A DNA stretch of 64,000 nucleotides from Dehalococcoidia bacterium (lineage in GTDB: Bacteria > Chloroflexota > Dehalococcoidia > SHYB01), in contig OZ253453.1 in NCBI GenBank assembly GCA_965261455.1, positions 1,145,526-1,209,525 of the forward strand. The letters run 5' to 3'. The first letter of the stretch is position 1. The number at the start of each line of letters is the position of its first letter. The notes under the pieces are model-generated. The model was given only the letters and a program-made list of their open reading frames with translations. It was not told where the DNA came from and ran no database searches. The translations under genes and the position numbers were made by a program. Shown piece by piece: positions 17,822 to 27,961 of this stretch.

Positions 17822-19174
17822 ATGCCGACAGACTCCTCCCACGCCCTCTTCACCGACCTCTACGAGTTGACGATGGCCCAGGCCTTCTGGCGGCGGGGCA
17901 TGGACGCGCGGGCCTCCTTCAGCCTCTTCTTCCGCTCTCTGCCCCCCCGCCGCGGCTACCTCGTCGCCGCCGGCGTCGAGGAATGTCTCGATCACCTCGC
18001 CTCGCTGCGCTTCACTCCCGAAGACCTCACCCACCTCCACACGCTCGGACTCTTCGACGCAGCTTTCCTCGACACCCTCGGCGGACTCCGCTTCACCGGC
18101 GAGGCGCGCTGCGTTGAGGAAGGCGAGATCGTCTTCGCCAACGAACCCATCATCGAGATCAGCGCCCCCATCATCGAAGCCCAGATCGTTGAGACCTACC
18201 TGCTCAACCGCGTCGGCTTCCAGACCCTGATGGCCACCAAGGCGGCCCGGACCGCCCACGCCGCCGCCGGTCGCGCCGTCGTCGACTTCGGGGCACGACG
18301 CGCCCACGGCCTCGACGCCGCCGCCGCCCTCGCCCGCCTCGCCTACCTCACCGGCTTCGACGGCACCAGCAACGTTCGCGCCGGCGTCCGTTACGGCATC
18401 CCTGTCCGGGGCACCATGGCCCACTCCTTCGTCATGAGCTTCGAGTCCGAGGCCGGGGCCTTCCGCGCCTACGCCGAGGCTTTCCCCGATTCGGCGACCC
18501 TCCTCATCGATACCTACGACCCAGTCGAAGGCATCTCCGCCGCCATCGAGGCGGCCCGCGATCTGCGGCGCCGCGGGAGCGAGCTCCGCGCCGTGCGGAT
18601 CGACAGCGGCGACCTTGCCGCACTGTCCATCTTGGCCCGTAGGCGGCTCGACGACGACGGATTCCCCGGCGTGAGCGTGTTCGTCAGCGGCGGCCTCGAC
18701 GAGACCGTCATCGAGCGACTGCTGCGAGACGGCGCGCCCATCGACGGCTTCGGCGTCGGCACCAGTCTCGCGGTCTCTTCCGACGCCCCCGCCCCCGAGA
18801 CAGCGTACAAACTCGTCGAATACGCCGGCCGGCCGGTGATGAAGCTCAGTGAAGCGAAGTCCTCGCTTCCCGGCGTCAAGCAGGTCTTCCGGCGCTCCGA
18901 CGGCGGCATGATGGACCGCGACGTCATCGGCCTCGCGTCGGAGTCCACGCCGCCGGGCGCGGTGCCGCTGCTGCGCGCCGCCGTCCGCGGCGGGGAGCGC
19001 GTCACGCCCGCGCCCGCCCTCCCCGACCTCCGGCACCGCTTCCGCGAGCGATTCGCCACTCTGTCCGACGACTTCAAGCGCCTCGAATCGCCCCCCGTAT
19101 ACCCCGTTGAGATTAGCCAATCCTTGGCATCACTCCGCGACTCGACAGCAGCGGCGCTCAAAGGCCCGGCTTAG
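17822..19174 (+). CDS. pncB: Nicotinate phosphoribosyltransferase
   Basis: LFTDLYELTM, DFGARR, GTMAHS, LIDTYD, RIDSGD, GFGVGT. Confidence 0.95.
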   Translation: MPTDSSHALFTDLYELTMAQAFWRRGMDARASFSLFFRSLPPRRGYLVAAGVEECLDHLASLRFTPEDLTHLHTLGLFDAAFLDTLGGLRFTGEARCVEEGEIVFANEPIIEISAPIIEAQIVETYLLNRVGFQTLMATKAARTAHAAAGRAVVDFGARRAHGLDAAAALARLAYLTGFDGTSNVRAGVRYGIPVRGTMAHSFVMSFESEAGAFRAYAEAFPDSATLLIDTYDPVEGISAAIEAARDLRRRGSELRAVRIDSGDLAALSILARRRLDDDGFPGVSVFVSGGLDETVIERLLRDGAPIDGFGVGTSLAVSSDAPAPETAYKLVEYAGRPVMKLSEAKSSLPGVKQVFRRSDGGMMDRDVIGLASESTPPGAVPLLRAAVRGGERVTPAPALPDLRHRFRERFATLSDDFKRLESPPVYPVEISQSLASLRDSTAAALKGPA

Positions 19175-19420
19175 TCACGCCGAGAACAGCGCGAGTGTCT
19201 CTCTATTGCCCAGTATTGTGCTCCTTTTGGGTTCATGGTTAGATACGCCGCACTAGGTCATGAATGTAAACATCTCCACTCTCCGAACGCCGTTCCAACT
19301 GGAGACCTCGGTACAAGGCTGCACCGAGGACCACCACGTCGACCACCTCGCCGCCAGAGCGCGGCAGAAAAAGAGCTAGCCACCGCATCTAGGGCGGGGC
19401 GGCGCACAGGGAGACGCGGC

Positions 19421-19957
19421 ATGGCCGACATCGAGAGCCGCTTGCGCACCCTTGAACAGCGAGTCCGCCGCGCCGAGGACGAACTCGCCATCCGCAACGT
19501 CGTGGTGCGCTACGGACTCGCCATCGATACCGGCGACGCCGAGGGTACCGCCGACACCTTCACCGACGACACCGAGTACGACATCGGCCCCTTGTCCACC
19601 GGCGACGGGACGCCCGTCGTTATCCACGGCCGCGACGGCATCATTAACGACCTCGTCCTCGGCGAGGGCCACCAGCGCCTCCTGCCCAACTGCGCCCATA
19701 CCATCGGCCCCTTCATGGTGCGGGTCGAAGGCGACACCGCCCTCGCAGCGGGCTACTCCCGCATCTACCATCGCGACGACAAGGGCGGCGAGAACGACCG
19801 CTTCACTCTCTTCCGCATCGGCCTCAACCAGTGGCGGCTGACGCGGACCGACAACGGCAAATGGCGGGTCGCCCACCGCAGCTCCCGTATCCTCGGCAAC
19901 GAGGGCGCCCAAGACCATCTCGCCGAGGGCCTGCGACGCGCTGGCCCGGAGAGCTAA
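19421..19957 (+). CDS. SnoaL/NTF2-like protein, paralog 1
   Basis: EDELAIRNVVVRYGLAIDTGD..G..WRV NTF2 pattern. Confidence 0.85.
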   Translation: MADIESRLRTLEQRVRRAEDELAIRNVVVRYGLAIDTGDAEGTADTFTDDTEYDIGPLSTGDGTPVVIHGRDGIINDLVLGEGHQRLLPNCAHTIGPFMVRVEGDTALAAGYSRIYHRDDKGGENDRFTLFRIGLNQWRLTRTDNGKWRVAHRSSRILGNEGAQDHLAEGLRRAGPES

Positions 19958-19992
19958 CCGCCGTCCGGACGAAGGCGGCGAGGGAGAACGAC

Positions 19993-20475
19993 ATGGCCAA
20001 CATCGAAGCGCAAGTCGCCGATCTCGAACGGCGCATTCAGGCCCTCGAGGACGAGCTCGAAATCACCAACCTCATGCACGCCTACGGCCCCGCCGTCGAT
20101 ACCGGCAACGCCGAGGCCACCGACCGGCTCTACACCGAGGACACCATCTACGAGACCGACGCCGGCCGGCCGCCCATGGTGGGCCGCGAGGGCGTGCAGG
20201 CGATGGTCACGGGCCGCGGTCACCAGTCGCTCCTGCCCAACTGCGCCCACACCATGGGCCCGGCCATCATCAAGCTGGACGGCGACAAAGCCACCGCCAT
20301 TGGCTACTCCCGCGTTTACGTGCGCAAGGACAAGGAATTCGCCCTCTGGCGCCTCTCCACAAACCGCTGGGAGTTCGAGCGGCGCGACGGACGCTGGCAA
20401 GTCCACCGCCGCGAAAACGCCCTCGTCGGCACGCCCAAAGCGCAGGAAATCTTCACCCGCGGCCTTCAGGACTAA
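19993..20475 (+). CDS. SnoaL/NTF2-like protein, paralog 2
   Basis: EDELEITNLMHAYGPAVDTG; shares LLPNCAHT and GYSR with paralog 1. Confidence 0.85.
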   Translation: MANIEAQVADLERRIQALEDELEITNLMHAYGPAVDTGNAEATDRLYTEDTIYETDAGRPPMVGREGVQAMVTGRGHQSLLPNCAHTMGPAIIKLDGDKATAIGYSRVYVRKDKEFALWRLSTNRWEFERRDGRWQVHRRENALVGTPKAQEIFTRGLQD

Positions 20476-20560
20476 GCCCGCGGCCCCCAGGTGAGGGCCG
20501 CTCCACCAGGCGCGATGCTATAATGTGGCCTGCTTCGCGTCCGAAGCAGGGAGGCCATCC

Positions 20561-21445
20561 TTGGATCTGATTCGCAGCCTGCTCTTCGTCCCCGGCAACA
20601 ACCCCCGAATGCTCGACAAGAGCCTGGGCCAGCCGGCGGACGTTCTCGTCCCCGACATCGAAGACTCCGTACCTCCGGACGAGAAGGCCAACGCCCGAGG
20701 CATCGTCGCCGAGTTCCTCCCCAAGATGGCCGGCAAGCGCGTCTTCGTCCGCGTCAACGGGATGCAGACGGACTGGACCTACGACGACCTCCTGGCCGTC
20801 GTCTCCCCCCACATCGAGGGCATCAGCATCGGCAAGATGGAGTCGCGGGAAATGGCGATCGAGCTCGCCGCCCTCCTCACCGCTATCGAGCGCGAGCGCG
20901 GCCTGCCCATCGGCCACACCCGCATCATCCCCTGGATCGAGACCGGCCTCGGCGTGGCAAACGTGCTAGAGATCGCGCGCTCCACGCCCCGCATGCTCGG
21001 CCTCGCCTTCGGCGCCGAGGACTACACCGCCGACATGGGCGTCGCCCGCACCAAAGGCTCCGAAGAGATTGCCACGGCCCGCGCCATGACCGCGATCGCG
21101 GCCCGCGCCGCCGATCTCGTCTGCTTCGACACCCCAGACCCCGACTACAAGGACATCGACGCCATGGTCGCCGACGCGAGGCGTGCCAAGGCCGTGGGCT
21201 GCACGGGCAAGTTCGTCATCCACCCCAACCAGGTGGGCCCGGTCAACGACGTCTTTCGCCCCTCCGCGGCGGAAGTCGAGCACGCCCGCCGCGTCGTGCA
21301 AGTATTCGAGGAAGCCACGCAAGAAGGCAAGGCCGCCGTCGCCCTCGACGGCAAGATGGTCGATACGCCCGTCTGGAAGCGGGCCGTCAAGCTGCTCGAC
21401 GTAGCTGAGAAGATCGAGCGGCAAGAAGCGGCTGCGCGCCGCTAG
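20561..21445 (+). CDS. CitE/malyl-CoA lyase family CoA-ester lyase, paralog 1
   Basis: RSLLFVPGN, DIEDSV, FGAEDY, GKFVIHPNQ, DGKMVD; extended -10 TGCTATAAT at 20516-20524. Confidence 0.9.
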   Translation: MDLIRSLLFVPGNNPRMLDKSLGQPADVLVPDIEDSVPPDEKANARGIVAEFLPKMAGKRVFVRVNGMQTDWTYDDLLAVVSPHIEGISIGKMESREMAIELAALLTAIERERGLPIGHTRIIPWIETGLGVANVLEIARSTPRMLGLAFGAEDYTADMGVARTKGSEEIATARAMTAIAARAADLVCFDTPDPDYKDIDAMVADARRAKAVGCTGKFVIHPNQVGPVNDVFRPSAAEVEHARRVVQVFEEATQEGKAAVALDGKMVDTPVWKRAVKLLDVAEKIERQEAAARR

Positions 21446-21459
21446 CCCCGGGAGGACCC

Positions 21460-22332
21460 TTGGAGCCACTGCGATCCCTTCTTTTTATCCCAGGTAACCG
21501 CGAACGTTTCTTGGAGAAAGCTCCCGATGTCGGGGCCGACGCCCTCGTGCCCGACTTGGAGAGCGGCGTCCCCGAATCGGAAAAGGGCGCGGCGCGGGAA
21601 ATGATCCGCGCCGCCCTCCCCACGCTCAAGAGCAAGGGGCAGACCGTGCTCGCGCGGGTGAGCTCCATCGACTCCAGTCACATCTGGGCCGATCTTAATT
21701 CGCTCATCTCCGAAAACCTCGATGGCGTGGTCCTACCCCAGATCTCCTCAGCGGACGACATCCGCCGCCTCGACGAGATGATCACCAGCCTCGAACACGG
21801 GAAGCATCTCCCCTTCGGGCTCACCCGCATCATCCCGTTCGTCGAAAGCGCCCTCGGCGTCATCCGCGCTTTCGAGATCGCCACCGCCTCCTCCCGCGTC
21901 GTCGCCATCGCCTTCGGCGCCGAGGACTTCTCCGCCGACATGGGGATTCCCCGTAGCGAGGACAGCGAGGAGATTCTCTACGCGCGCAGCCACGTCGCCA
22001 TCGCCGCCCGCGCCGCCCACAAGCTCGCCATCGACGCCCCCTTCGTCGCCTACCAGGACGCCGCGGGGATCGAGGCCGACGCCCAACAGGCGCTGCGCCT
22101 CGGCTTCAAAGGTAAGTTCGCCATCCACCCCGACCAGGTCGGCACGCTGAACGAGATCTTCAGCCCCTCCGAGGAGGAACTGGAGCAAGCGCGGCGCGTC
22201 ATCCGCGCCTTCCAGCAGGCCGAGTCGGAGGGCCGCGGCACCTGCGCCCTCGACGGCAAGATGATCGATACCGCGATGGCCCTCCAGGCGCAGAAGCTCA
22301 TCCACACGGCGCAGGCCCTCACCGGCCGCTAG
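21460..22332 (+). CDS. CitE/malyl-CoA lyase family CoA-ester lyase, paralog 2
   Basis: RSLLFIPGN, DLESGV, FGAEDF, GKFAIHPDQ, DGKMID; GGAGG SD. Confidence 0.9.
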   Translation: MEPLRSLLFIPGNRERFLEKAPDVGADALVPDLESGVPESEKGAAREMIRAALPTLKSKGQTVLARVSSIDSSHIWADLNSLISENLDGVVLPQISSADDIRRLDEMITSLEHGKHLPFGLTRIIPFVESALGVIRAFEIATASSRVVAIAFGAEDFSADMGIPRSEDSEEILYARSHVAIAARAAHKLAIDAPFVAYQDAAGIEADAQQALRLGFKGKFAIHPDQVGTLNEIFSPSEEELEQARRVIRAFQQAESEGRGTCALDGKMIDTAMALQAQKLIHTAQALTGR

Positions 22333-22477
22333 CCCCCTCCTCCTGTCCCCCTCCAGGGAAGCACGCCAAAAGCCTCTCCCGCTGTGGAAGAGACGGGGAG
22401 CACCTGGCGCCCGCAGGGCGCCCCTTCCCAACAGCCACCAAAATTCGTCGAATCCATCAACTCCGCGCCCCCTTTAA

Positions 22478-22564
22478 ACCAAAAGGCCCGCTCTCGACAG
22501 GGCGGGCCTTGCTCGCGTCGGACGCCCCCGCGGAGGCCGCCCGACCAAAGAACACATGCTCTCT
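22478..22564 (-). ncRNA. Candidate ~85-nt sRNA
   Basis: Promoter TTGACA-18-TATCGT, internal hairpin, intrinsic terminator, no convincing ORF. Confidence 0.5.
22481..22510 (-). terminator. Intrinsic terminator
   Basis: AAGGCCCGCCCT-GTCG-AGAGCGGGCCTT hairpin followed by U-rich tail on minus strand. Confidence 0.7.
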
Positions 22565-22600
22565 ACGGTAACGATAAACCCCCTTGACAAGGCCTGTCAA
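22549..22600 (-). promoter_or_regulatory. Promoter with SOS-box-like site
   Basis: -35 at 22595-22600, -10 at 22571-22576, AGAAC-ACAT-GCTCT at 22549-22562. Confidence 0.55.
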
Positions 22601-22666
22601 GTATCATTGACGCGGAAAATCCGTCAAAATTCAGAACAGACCGCTCGCTCACATCAGCCGCAGCGG

Positions 22667-23851
22667 CTAGCTAGAGATCTCCCCCGCCGGCGGGGACGGC
22701 GCCCACTCCGTCCAGCCGCCGGGGCGGCCCGCCAACTGGTTTAGATGCGCCGCGGTCAAACGCGGCAGCGGCAGACCGGCTTCGATTCGCGCCGCCAAAC
22801 CCCGCCGCTCGGCCTCGCCGTCCAGACACACCAGCCCGGCGGCGGGAGCCTCTTTTGCCTGGACCAGCACACGGAAGCCGCCGAGCCCCGCCGGATCGAG
22901 GATGCTGCGCAGGCCCTTCAGGTCGGCCTGCTTCGGCGCATCCGATGCGGCGATGGCGTCGAGGAAGACCTCCGCGCCGAGGTTGGTCAGGAACTCCCGC
23001 TGCGTCATCAGCGTGACCGGCATGAGGCCCACGTCCTCGCCTGCTTCGATCAGGGCGGTGAAATCCACGTGCGCCGTCAAGTCTTGCCGCCCCACCCGCG
23101 CGTAGGGGTCGTCGCTCGCCGTGTGCCGGTAGTATGCCCGCAGCGTGCCCTCACAGCGGCGCTCCGAGTACAGCCGCTCGGCGGGATCGCCGTAGTCGAT
23201 GGTGATCGCGTAGCCCCGCGCCAACCGCGCCGCGGCGTCCCTCATCCAGTCCGCGGCCTCCAGCGAGACTTCCGCCGTCCAACCCTCCCCCAATTCGGCG
23301 CCCTCCGACGCAAGCCGGGGCGTCGAGGGCTCATCCAGCGCCTCGACGAAGCGCCCATCGTCCGCCAACGTTACGTAGACTTCTCGGAGCTCCCGCCCAA
23401 CCATCCGGACGCGATGGACGGGGAAGGCGTCGAAGAGCTCGTTGCTCAGCAGGCAGCCCACGACGCCGGAGGAAAGCGCGGAACGCCGGCCCTCGACTTC
23501 CTGGTACGCGATGGCGGCGGCGAAAGCGGCGTCCAGCGCCGAAGCGAAGTCGGTCACGTCGCGCGCCAGCCGCCCGCCCCCCGCGCCGGCCTCGACGACG
23601 TCGAACCGCTCGGGGCATCCCAGCAGCCGCCACATCTGTTCAAGCTGCACCGCGATCAGGGCGCCAAAGGCCGGATGCGCGTGCGGGCTGGTAAAGAAAT
23701 CCCCCGCCGCGCCGATGCGGGCCGCCTCACCGCCGACGACGTAGTACCCGCCGGGCCCATACAGCGCAAGCTCCATGAATTCGGCGAAGGTAATCCGCCC
23801 CTTCGCCTCGATTGCGGCCCGTACGCAGCCCTCCGCTCTACCCTGATCCAT
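22667..23851 (-). CDS. MidA/NDUFAF7-family SAM-dependent methyltransferase
   Basis: ITFAEFMELALY..GYY, GDFFTSP, EAGAGGG, SNELFDAFP, IDYG, QDLTAHVDF. Confidence 0.9.
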   Translation of the reverse strand: MDQGRAEGCVRAAIEAKGRITFAEFMELALYGPGGYYVVGGEAARIGAAGDFFTSPHAHPAFGALIAVQLEQMWRLLGCPERFDVVEAGAGGGRLARDVTDFASALDAAFAAAIAYQEVEGRRSALSSGVVGCLLSNELFDAFPVHRVRMVGRELREVYVTLADDGRFVEALDEPSTPRLASEGAELGEGWTAEVSLEAADWMRDAAARLARGYAITIDYGDPAERLYSERRCEGTLRAYYRHTASDDPYARVGRQDLTAHVDFTALIEAGEDVGLMPVTLMTQREFLTNLGAEVFLDAIAASDAPKQADLKGLRSILDPAGLGGFRVLVQAKEAPAAGLVCLDGEAERRGLAARIEAGLPLPRLTAAHLNQLAGRPGGWTEWAPSPPAGEISS

Positions 23852-23918
23852 AGCACTCGCAGCATACATGCCCCGTGCCAAAATTGACGCGCCCCGCGCT
23901 GGGCCGTAGCATTGAGGT

Positions 23919-24187
23919 GCCGTGCTAGGCGGGGAGCTAGCGGTGCCCTGTATCCGCAATCCGCTACAGCGGGGCTGAATTCCCACCTAGAGGTCCGATG
24001 GCTCCGGGTTGAGCCGGCGACGGCGGCGCTGACGAGCGGGTCCTGCGCGGCGAAGGTCTATGAACTCCGCCAGGTCCGGAAGGAAGCAACGGTAAGTAGG
24101 CGCCTTCGGGCGCCGCAGGCGTGCCTGCTCCGAGCCGCTCGACGCCGGTGATCTCGCCGCTACGACGATCGAAGGTGGGTGCACGGC
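23919..24187 (+). ncRNA. ffs: Large bacterial SRP RNA (with Alu domain)
   Basis: GCCGTGCTAGGCGGGGAG..GCGGTGCCCTGT..GCAATCCGCT Alu motif; CAGGTCCGGAAGGAAGCA helix 8; terminal GCCGTGC/GCACGGC stem. Confidence 0.95.
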
Positions 24188-24225
24188 CTATCTTTCGTTT
24201 CTTGCCGTCCCACGAGACGAGTCTC

Positions 24226-25116
24226 ATGTCGCCGACCACGACCGACGCGCCCTCACCGCGGAGCGGCCCCAGCCCCGCGCGGCTCGTCCGCGCCTTCCTC
24301 GACCGCCACGGGCTCAGGCCGCGCAAGAGTCTTGGGCAGCACTTCCTCATCGACGCCGGCGCCCTGCGCCGCATCGCCGACGCCGCCGAGCTCAACGCCG
24401 ACGACCTCGTCGTCGAGGTCGGCCCCGGGCCGGGGACGCTCACCCGTGAGCTTCTCGCCCGCGCCGGCTCCGTCATCGCCGTTGAGAAGGACGAGCGCGC
24501 CGCAGAGGGGCTGCGCGACGGCTACGCCGACGACCCCCGGCTTCGCGTCGTCGCCGCCGACATGCTCGCCACCGACCCCGGGGAGCTGACCGGCGGCGCC
24601 GCCTATAGCGTCGTCGCCAACCTTCCCTACTACGCGGCCTCGCCGATCCTGCGCCGCTTGCTCGAAGCTTCGCACCGGCCCGAGCGGGTCGTCGTGCTGC
24701 TCCAGCGCGAAGTCGCCGAGAGCGCCGCCGCCAAGCCCGGCGTCATGTCGATCTTCTCCGTCGCCATCCAGGTCTACGCTACCGCGCGCATCGTGGGGCA
24801 CGTGAAGGCGGGAAGCTTCACGCCGCCGCCGAAGGTCGAGTCCTCCATCGTTCGGCTCGATCCCTATCCACGGCCCCGCGGCTTCGCGCACGGCGAGGCC
24901 GACGCCTTCTTCGAGATCGTCCGCGCCGGATTCGGCACCCGCCGCAAGCAGCTCGCCAACGCCCTGACGCACGGGCTCGCCGAGGACCGCGTCCGCATCG
25001 TAGCGGCGCTCAACAGCGCGGGCGTCGACCCCAGGCGCCGCGCCGAGACGCTGACCATTGACGAATGGGGCGCGCTCCACCGCGCCATCCAAGAGACCCG
25101 CGCCCATGCCGCCTGA
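24226..25116 (+). CDS. rsmA: 16S rRNA dimethyladenosine transferase
   Basis: KSLGQHFL, EVGPGPG, ANLPYY, FTPPPKVES, RRKQL. Confidence 0.95.
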   Translation: MSPTTTDAPSPRSGPSPARLVRAFLDRHGLRPRKSLGQHFLIDAGALRRIADAAELNADDLVVEVGPGPGTLTRELLARAGSVIAVEKDERAAEGLRDGYADDPRLRVVAADMLATDPGELTGGAAYSVVANLPYYAASPILRRLLEASHRPERVVVLLQREVAESAAAKPGVMSIFSVAIQVYATARIVGHVKAGSFTPPPKVESSIVRLDPYPRPRGFAHGEADAFFEIVRAGFGTRRKQLANALTHGLAEDRVRIVAALNSAGVDPRRRAETLTIDEWGALHRAIQETRAHAA

Positions 25117-25984
25117 GCCGCCCCTCAGCATCCCGGCCCTCGCGAAGATCAACCTCTCGCTCGAAATCCTGGGCCGGAGGGACGACGGCTACCACGACGT
25201 CGCCACGGTGCTGCAAACCGTCGACCTCGCCGACGAGCTCGAGCTCGCGCCCGCCTCCGAGATCATCGTCGAAGGCGACACCGAGGGCATACCCTTGGCC
25301 GAGAACCTGGTCTACCGCGCCGCGGTCTTGCTTCAGACGCATCTCGGCGAGACTCGCGGCGCGCGCGTCACGCTCCATAAGCGCATCCCCATGGCCGCCG
25401 GACTCGGCGGCGGCAGCACCGACGCCGCGGCCGCGCTCGTGGGCCTCTGTCGGCTCTGGGAACGCGAACTTCGCCGGGGGGAGCTCGCCTCCTTGGCCGC
25501 CGAGCTTGGCTCCGACGTTCCCTTCTTCCTCTACGGCGGTACGGCGTTGGCCGAGGGACGCGGTGAGCGCGTCACTCCCCTCCCGCCCCTGCGCCACGCC
25601 GACCTCGTGCTCCTCGCGCCCCCCATCGATCTGCCTTCCAAGACCGCGACGCTCTACCGTTCACTAGACCCCGCCGACTTCACCGGCGGGGACGTCACCC
25701 GCGCGCTCGTCGACGGGCTCCGCAAGCGCCTTCCACCCACGCCCGACGACCTCTTCAACGGCTTCACCCGCGCCGCCCTCGAACGCTTCGACGGACTCGA
25801 AGGCTATTGGTCCCGTTTCGAGGAGGCCGGCGCGGACAACGTCCACCTCTGCGGCGCGGGGCCGTCGCTCTTCTCGCTGGCCCGAAGCAGGGACGAGGCC
25901 GAGTCGCTGCACGAGCGCTGTCTCGCCGCCGGACTGCCCGCCTTCGTTGTGAGCGCCGCCCCCAACCCTTATACTCTTCGTTAA
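25106..25984 (+). CDS. ispE: 4-diphosphocytidyl-2-C-methyl-D-erythritol kinase
   Basis: AKINLSL, IPMAAGLGGGSTDAAA, LGSDVPF. Confidence 0.95.
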   Translation: MPPEPPLSIPALAKINLSLEILGRRDDGYHDVATVLQTVDLADELELAPASEIIVEGDTEGIPLAENLVYRAAVLLQTHLGETRGARVTLHKRIPMAAGLGGGSTDAAAALVGLCRLWERELRRGELASLAAELGSDVPFFLYGGTALAEGRGERVTPLPPLRHADLVLLAPPIDLPSKTATLYRSLDPADFTGGDVTRALVDGLRKRLPPTPDDLFNGFTRAALERFDGLEGYWSRFEEAGADNVHLCGAGPSLFSLARSRDEAESLHERCLAAGLPAFVVSAAPNPYTLR

Positions 25985-26047
25985 ACGGGGCTTCGTTGAA
26001 CCAGGCTTCGACAGCCTCGGACTCCTCGCCTTTCCGGAGGCTCCTCC

Positions 26048-27850
26048 TTGCTCAAGACTCATGGCTGCGGTGAGCTTCGCCCCGCGCATGCCGGCCAGAC
26101 CGTCACCCTCGCGGGATGGGTCCACCGGCGGCGCGACCACGGCGGCCTCACCTTCATCGATCTGCGCGACCGCTCCGGTCTCATCCAGGTCGTCTTCAAC
26201 CCCGAAACGAACGCCAAGGCCCACGCCCAGGCCCAAGACCTGCGCGGCGAGTGGGTCGTCCAGATCGCCGGCGCCGTCGGGCCGCGTCCCGAAGGCACCG
26301 AAAATCCCAAGCTCGCCACCGGAGAGATCGAGGTGAGCGCGGCGTCGCTCACCGTCCTCAACCAGGCCAAGACGCCGCCCTTCAACATCAACGAAGACGC
26401 CGCTGTCGACGAGAGCCTGCGCCTGCAATACCGCTACCTCGATCTGCGCAGGGAACGGATGCAGGCGAACCTCGGGCTGCGCCGCAAGGTGGTCAAGTAC
26501 ATCCGCGACTACCTCGACGAGCGCGACTTCTGGGAGATCGAGACGCCGGTGCTGGTCAAGAGCACGCCCGAGGGCGCCCGCGACTACCTCGTCCCCAGCC
26601 GCCTCAGCCCCGGCCAGTTCTACGCGCTCCCCCAATCGCCCCAGCAACTCAAGCAACTCCTCATGGTCGCCGGCCTCGAACGTTACTACCAGATCGCCCG
26701 CTGCTTCCGCGACGAAGACCAGCGCGCCGACCGCCAGCCCGAGTTCACCCAACTCGACCTCGAAATAAGCTTCGTCGAGGAGGCCGACATCCTCGACCTC
26801 GTCGAGGGCCTCTTCGCCGGGCTCGTGGCCGAGACCGCGCCGCACCTCAAAGTCGTCACGCCGTTCCCCCGCCTCAGCTTCGCCGACGTCATGGCGCGCT
26901 TCGGCACCGAAAAGCCCGACGTCCGCTTCGGGATGGAGCTCGCCGACCTCACCGACGTAGCCCGTGAGACCGACCTCAACGTCTTCAAGGCCGTCGCCGA
27001 CGCCGGCGGCGTCGTGAAAGGCTTTGCCGCGCCGGGATGCGGCGATTACAGCCGCCGCCAGATCGACGAGCTCATCGACTTCGTGAAGATTCGCGGCGCC
27101 AGCGGCCTCGTCCCCATCGGGCTCGGTGCGCCTCCCGCCCAACTCACCGCCGCGGACGTCAAGTCGCCCGTAGCCAAGTTCCTCACCGTGGAGCAGGTGC
27201 GGACCATCGCCGAGCGCACCGGCGCGGAGAAAGACGGCCTCGTCCTCATCGTGGCCGCCGACGAGGCGGTCGCCAACACCGCCCTCTCCCAGCTCCGCGT
27301 CGAGATGGGACACCGGCTCGGCATGATCGACGAGGACGCCATGGGCTTCGCCTTCGTGGTCGGTTTCCCTCTCATGGAATGGAACGAAGACGAGGGCCGG
27401 TGGGACGCCCTGCACCATCCCTTCACCGCGCCCCACCCCAACGACGTCGATCTCCTAAGCGTCGAGCCGGGTAAGGTCCGCGCCCGCGCCTACGACTGCG
27501 TCGCCCAGGGCGTCGAGCTCCTCAGCGGCAGCATCCGAATCCACGACCGCACCCTGCAGGAGCGCATGTTCGCCGCCCTCGGCTACGCCCCCGACGATAT
27601 CGAAGAGCGGTTCGGCCACATGCTGCGGGCCTTCGAGTACGGCACGCCGCCCCACGGCGGCATGGCGGCGGGAATCGACCGAATCGTCATGCTCCTCGCC
27701 GGAGCCGAGACTATCCGCGAGGTGATCCCCTTCCCCAAGACCCAGAACGCCGCCGACCTTCTGTTGAACGCCCCCTCGGCGGTGGACGAAGCCCAGCTTC
27801 GCGACCTCCATCTCCGCGTCGTGGAGCCGTCCCCTGGACAGCGCGCCTAA
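26048..27850 (+). CDS. aspS: Aspartate-tRNA ligase
   Basis: RRDHGG, PEGARDY, LPQSPQ, CFRDED, HHPFT, PPHGG. Confidence 0.97.
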   Translation: MLKTHGCGELRPAHAGQTVTLAGWVHRRRDHGGLTFIDLRDRSGLIQVVFNPETNAKAHAQAQDLRGEWVVQIAGAVGPRPEGTENPKLATGEIEVSAASLTVLNQAKTPPFNINEDAAVDESLRLQYRYLDLRRERMQANLGLRRKVVKYIRDYLDERDFWEIETPVLVKSTPEGARDYLVPSRLSPGQFYALPQSPQQLKQLLMVAGLERYYQIARCFRDEDQRADRQPEFTQLDLEISFVEEADILDLVEGLFAGLVAETAPHLKVVTPFPRLSFADVMARFGTEKPDVRFGMELADLTDVARETDLNVFKAVADAGGVVKGFAAPGCGDYSRRQIDELIDFVKIRGASGLVPIGLGAPPAQLTAADVKSPVAKFLTVEQVRTIAERTGAEKDGLVLIVAADEAVANTALSQLRVEMGHRLGMIDEDAMGFAFVVGFPLMEWNEDEGRWDALHHPFTAPHPNDVDLLSVEPGKVRARAYDCVAQGVELLSGSIRIHDRTLQERMFAALGYAPDDIEERFGHMLRAFEYGTPPHGGMAAGIDRIVMLLAGAETIREVIPFPKTQNAADLLLNAPSAVDEAQLRDLHLRVVEPSPGQRA

Positions 27851-27961
27851 GCCCTCGGCGGCCCGCCCCATCCGCCCCCGCCGTTGGCGCATAGTGAGGC
27901 GGTTGCTATACTGAAACGGACGGTTAGCGGCGCAGCCCGCAACCTCAGAGGCCCTTCTCCC

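Noticed and set aside
19175-19420. Intergenic stretch with one hairpin (CCTCGGT..ACCGAGG) and an in-frame extension of SnoaL-1
   Set aside because: A single stem with no other support; the paralog alignment puts the start at 19421
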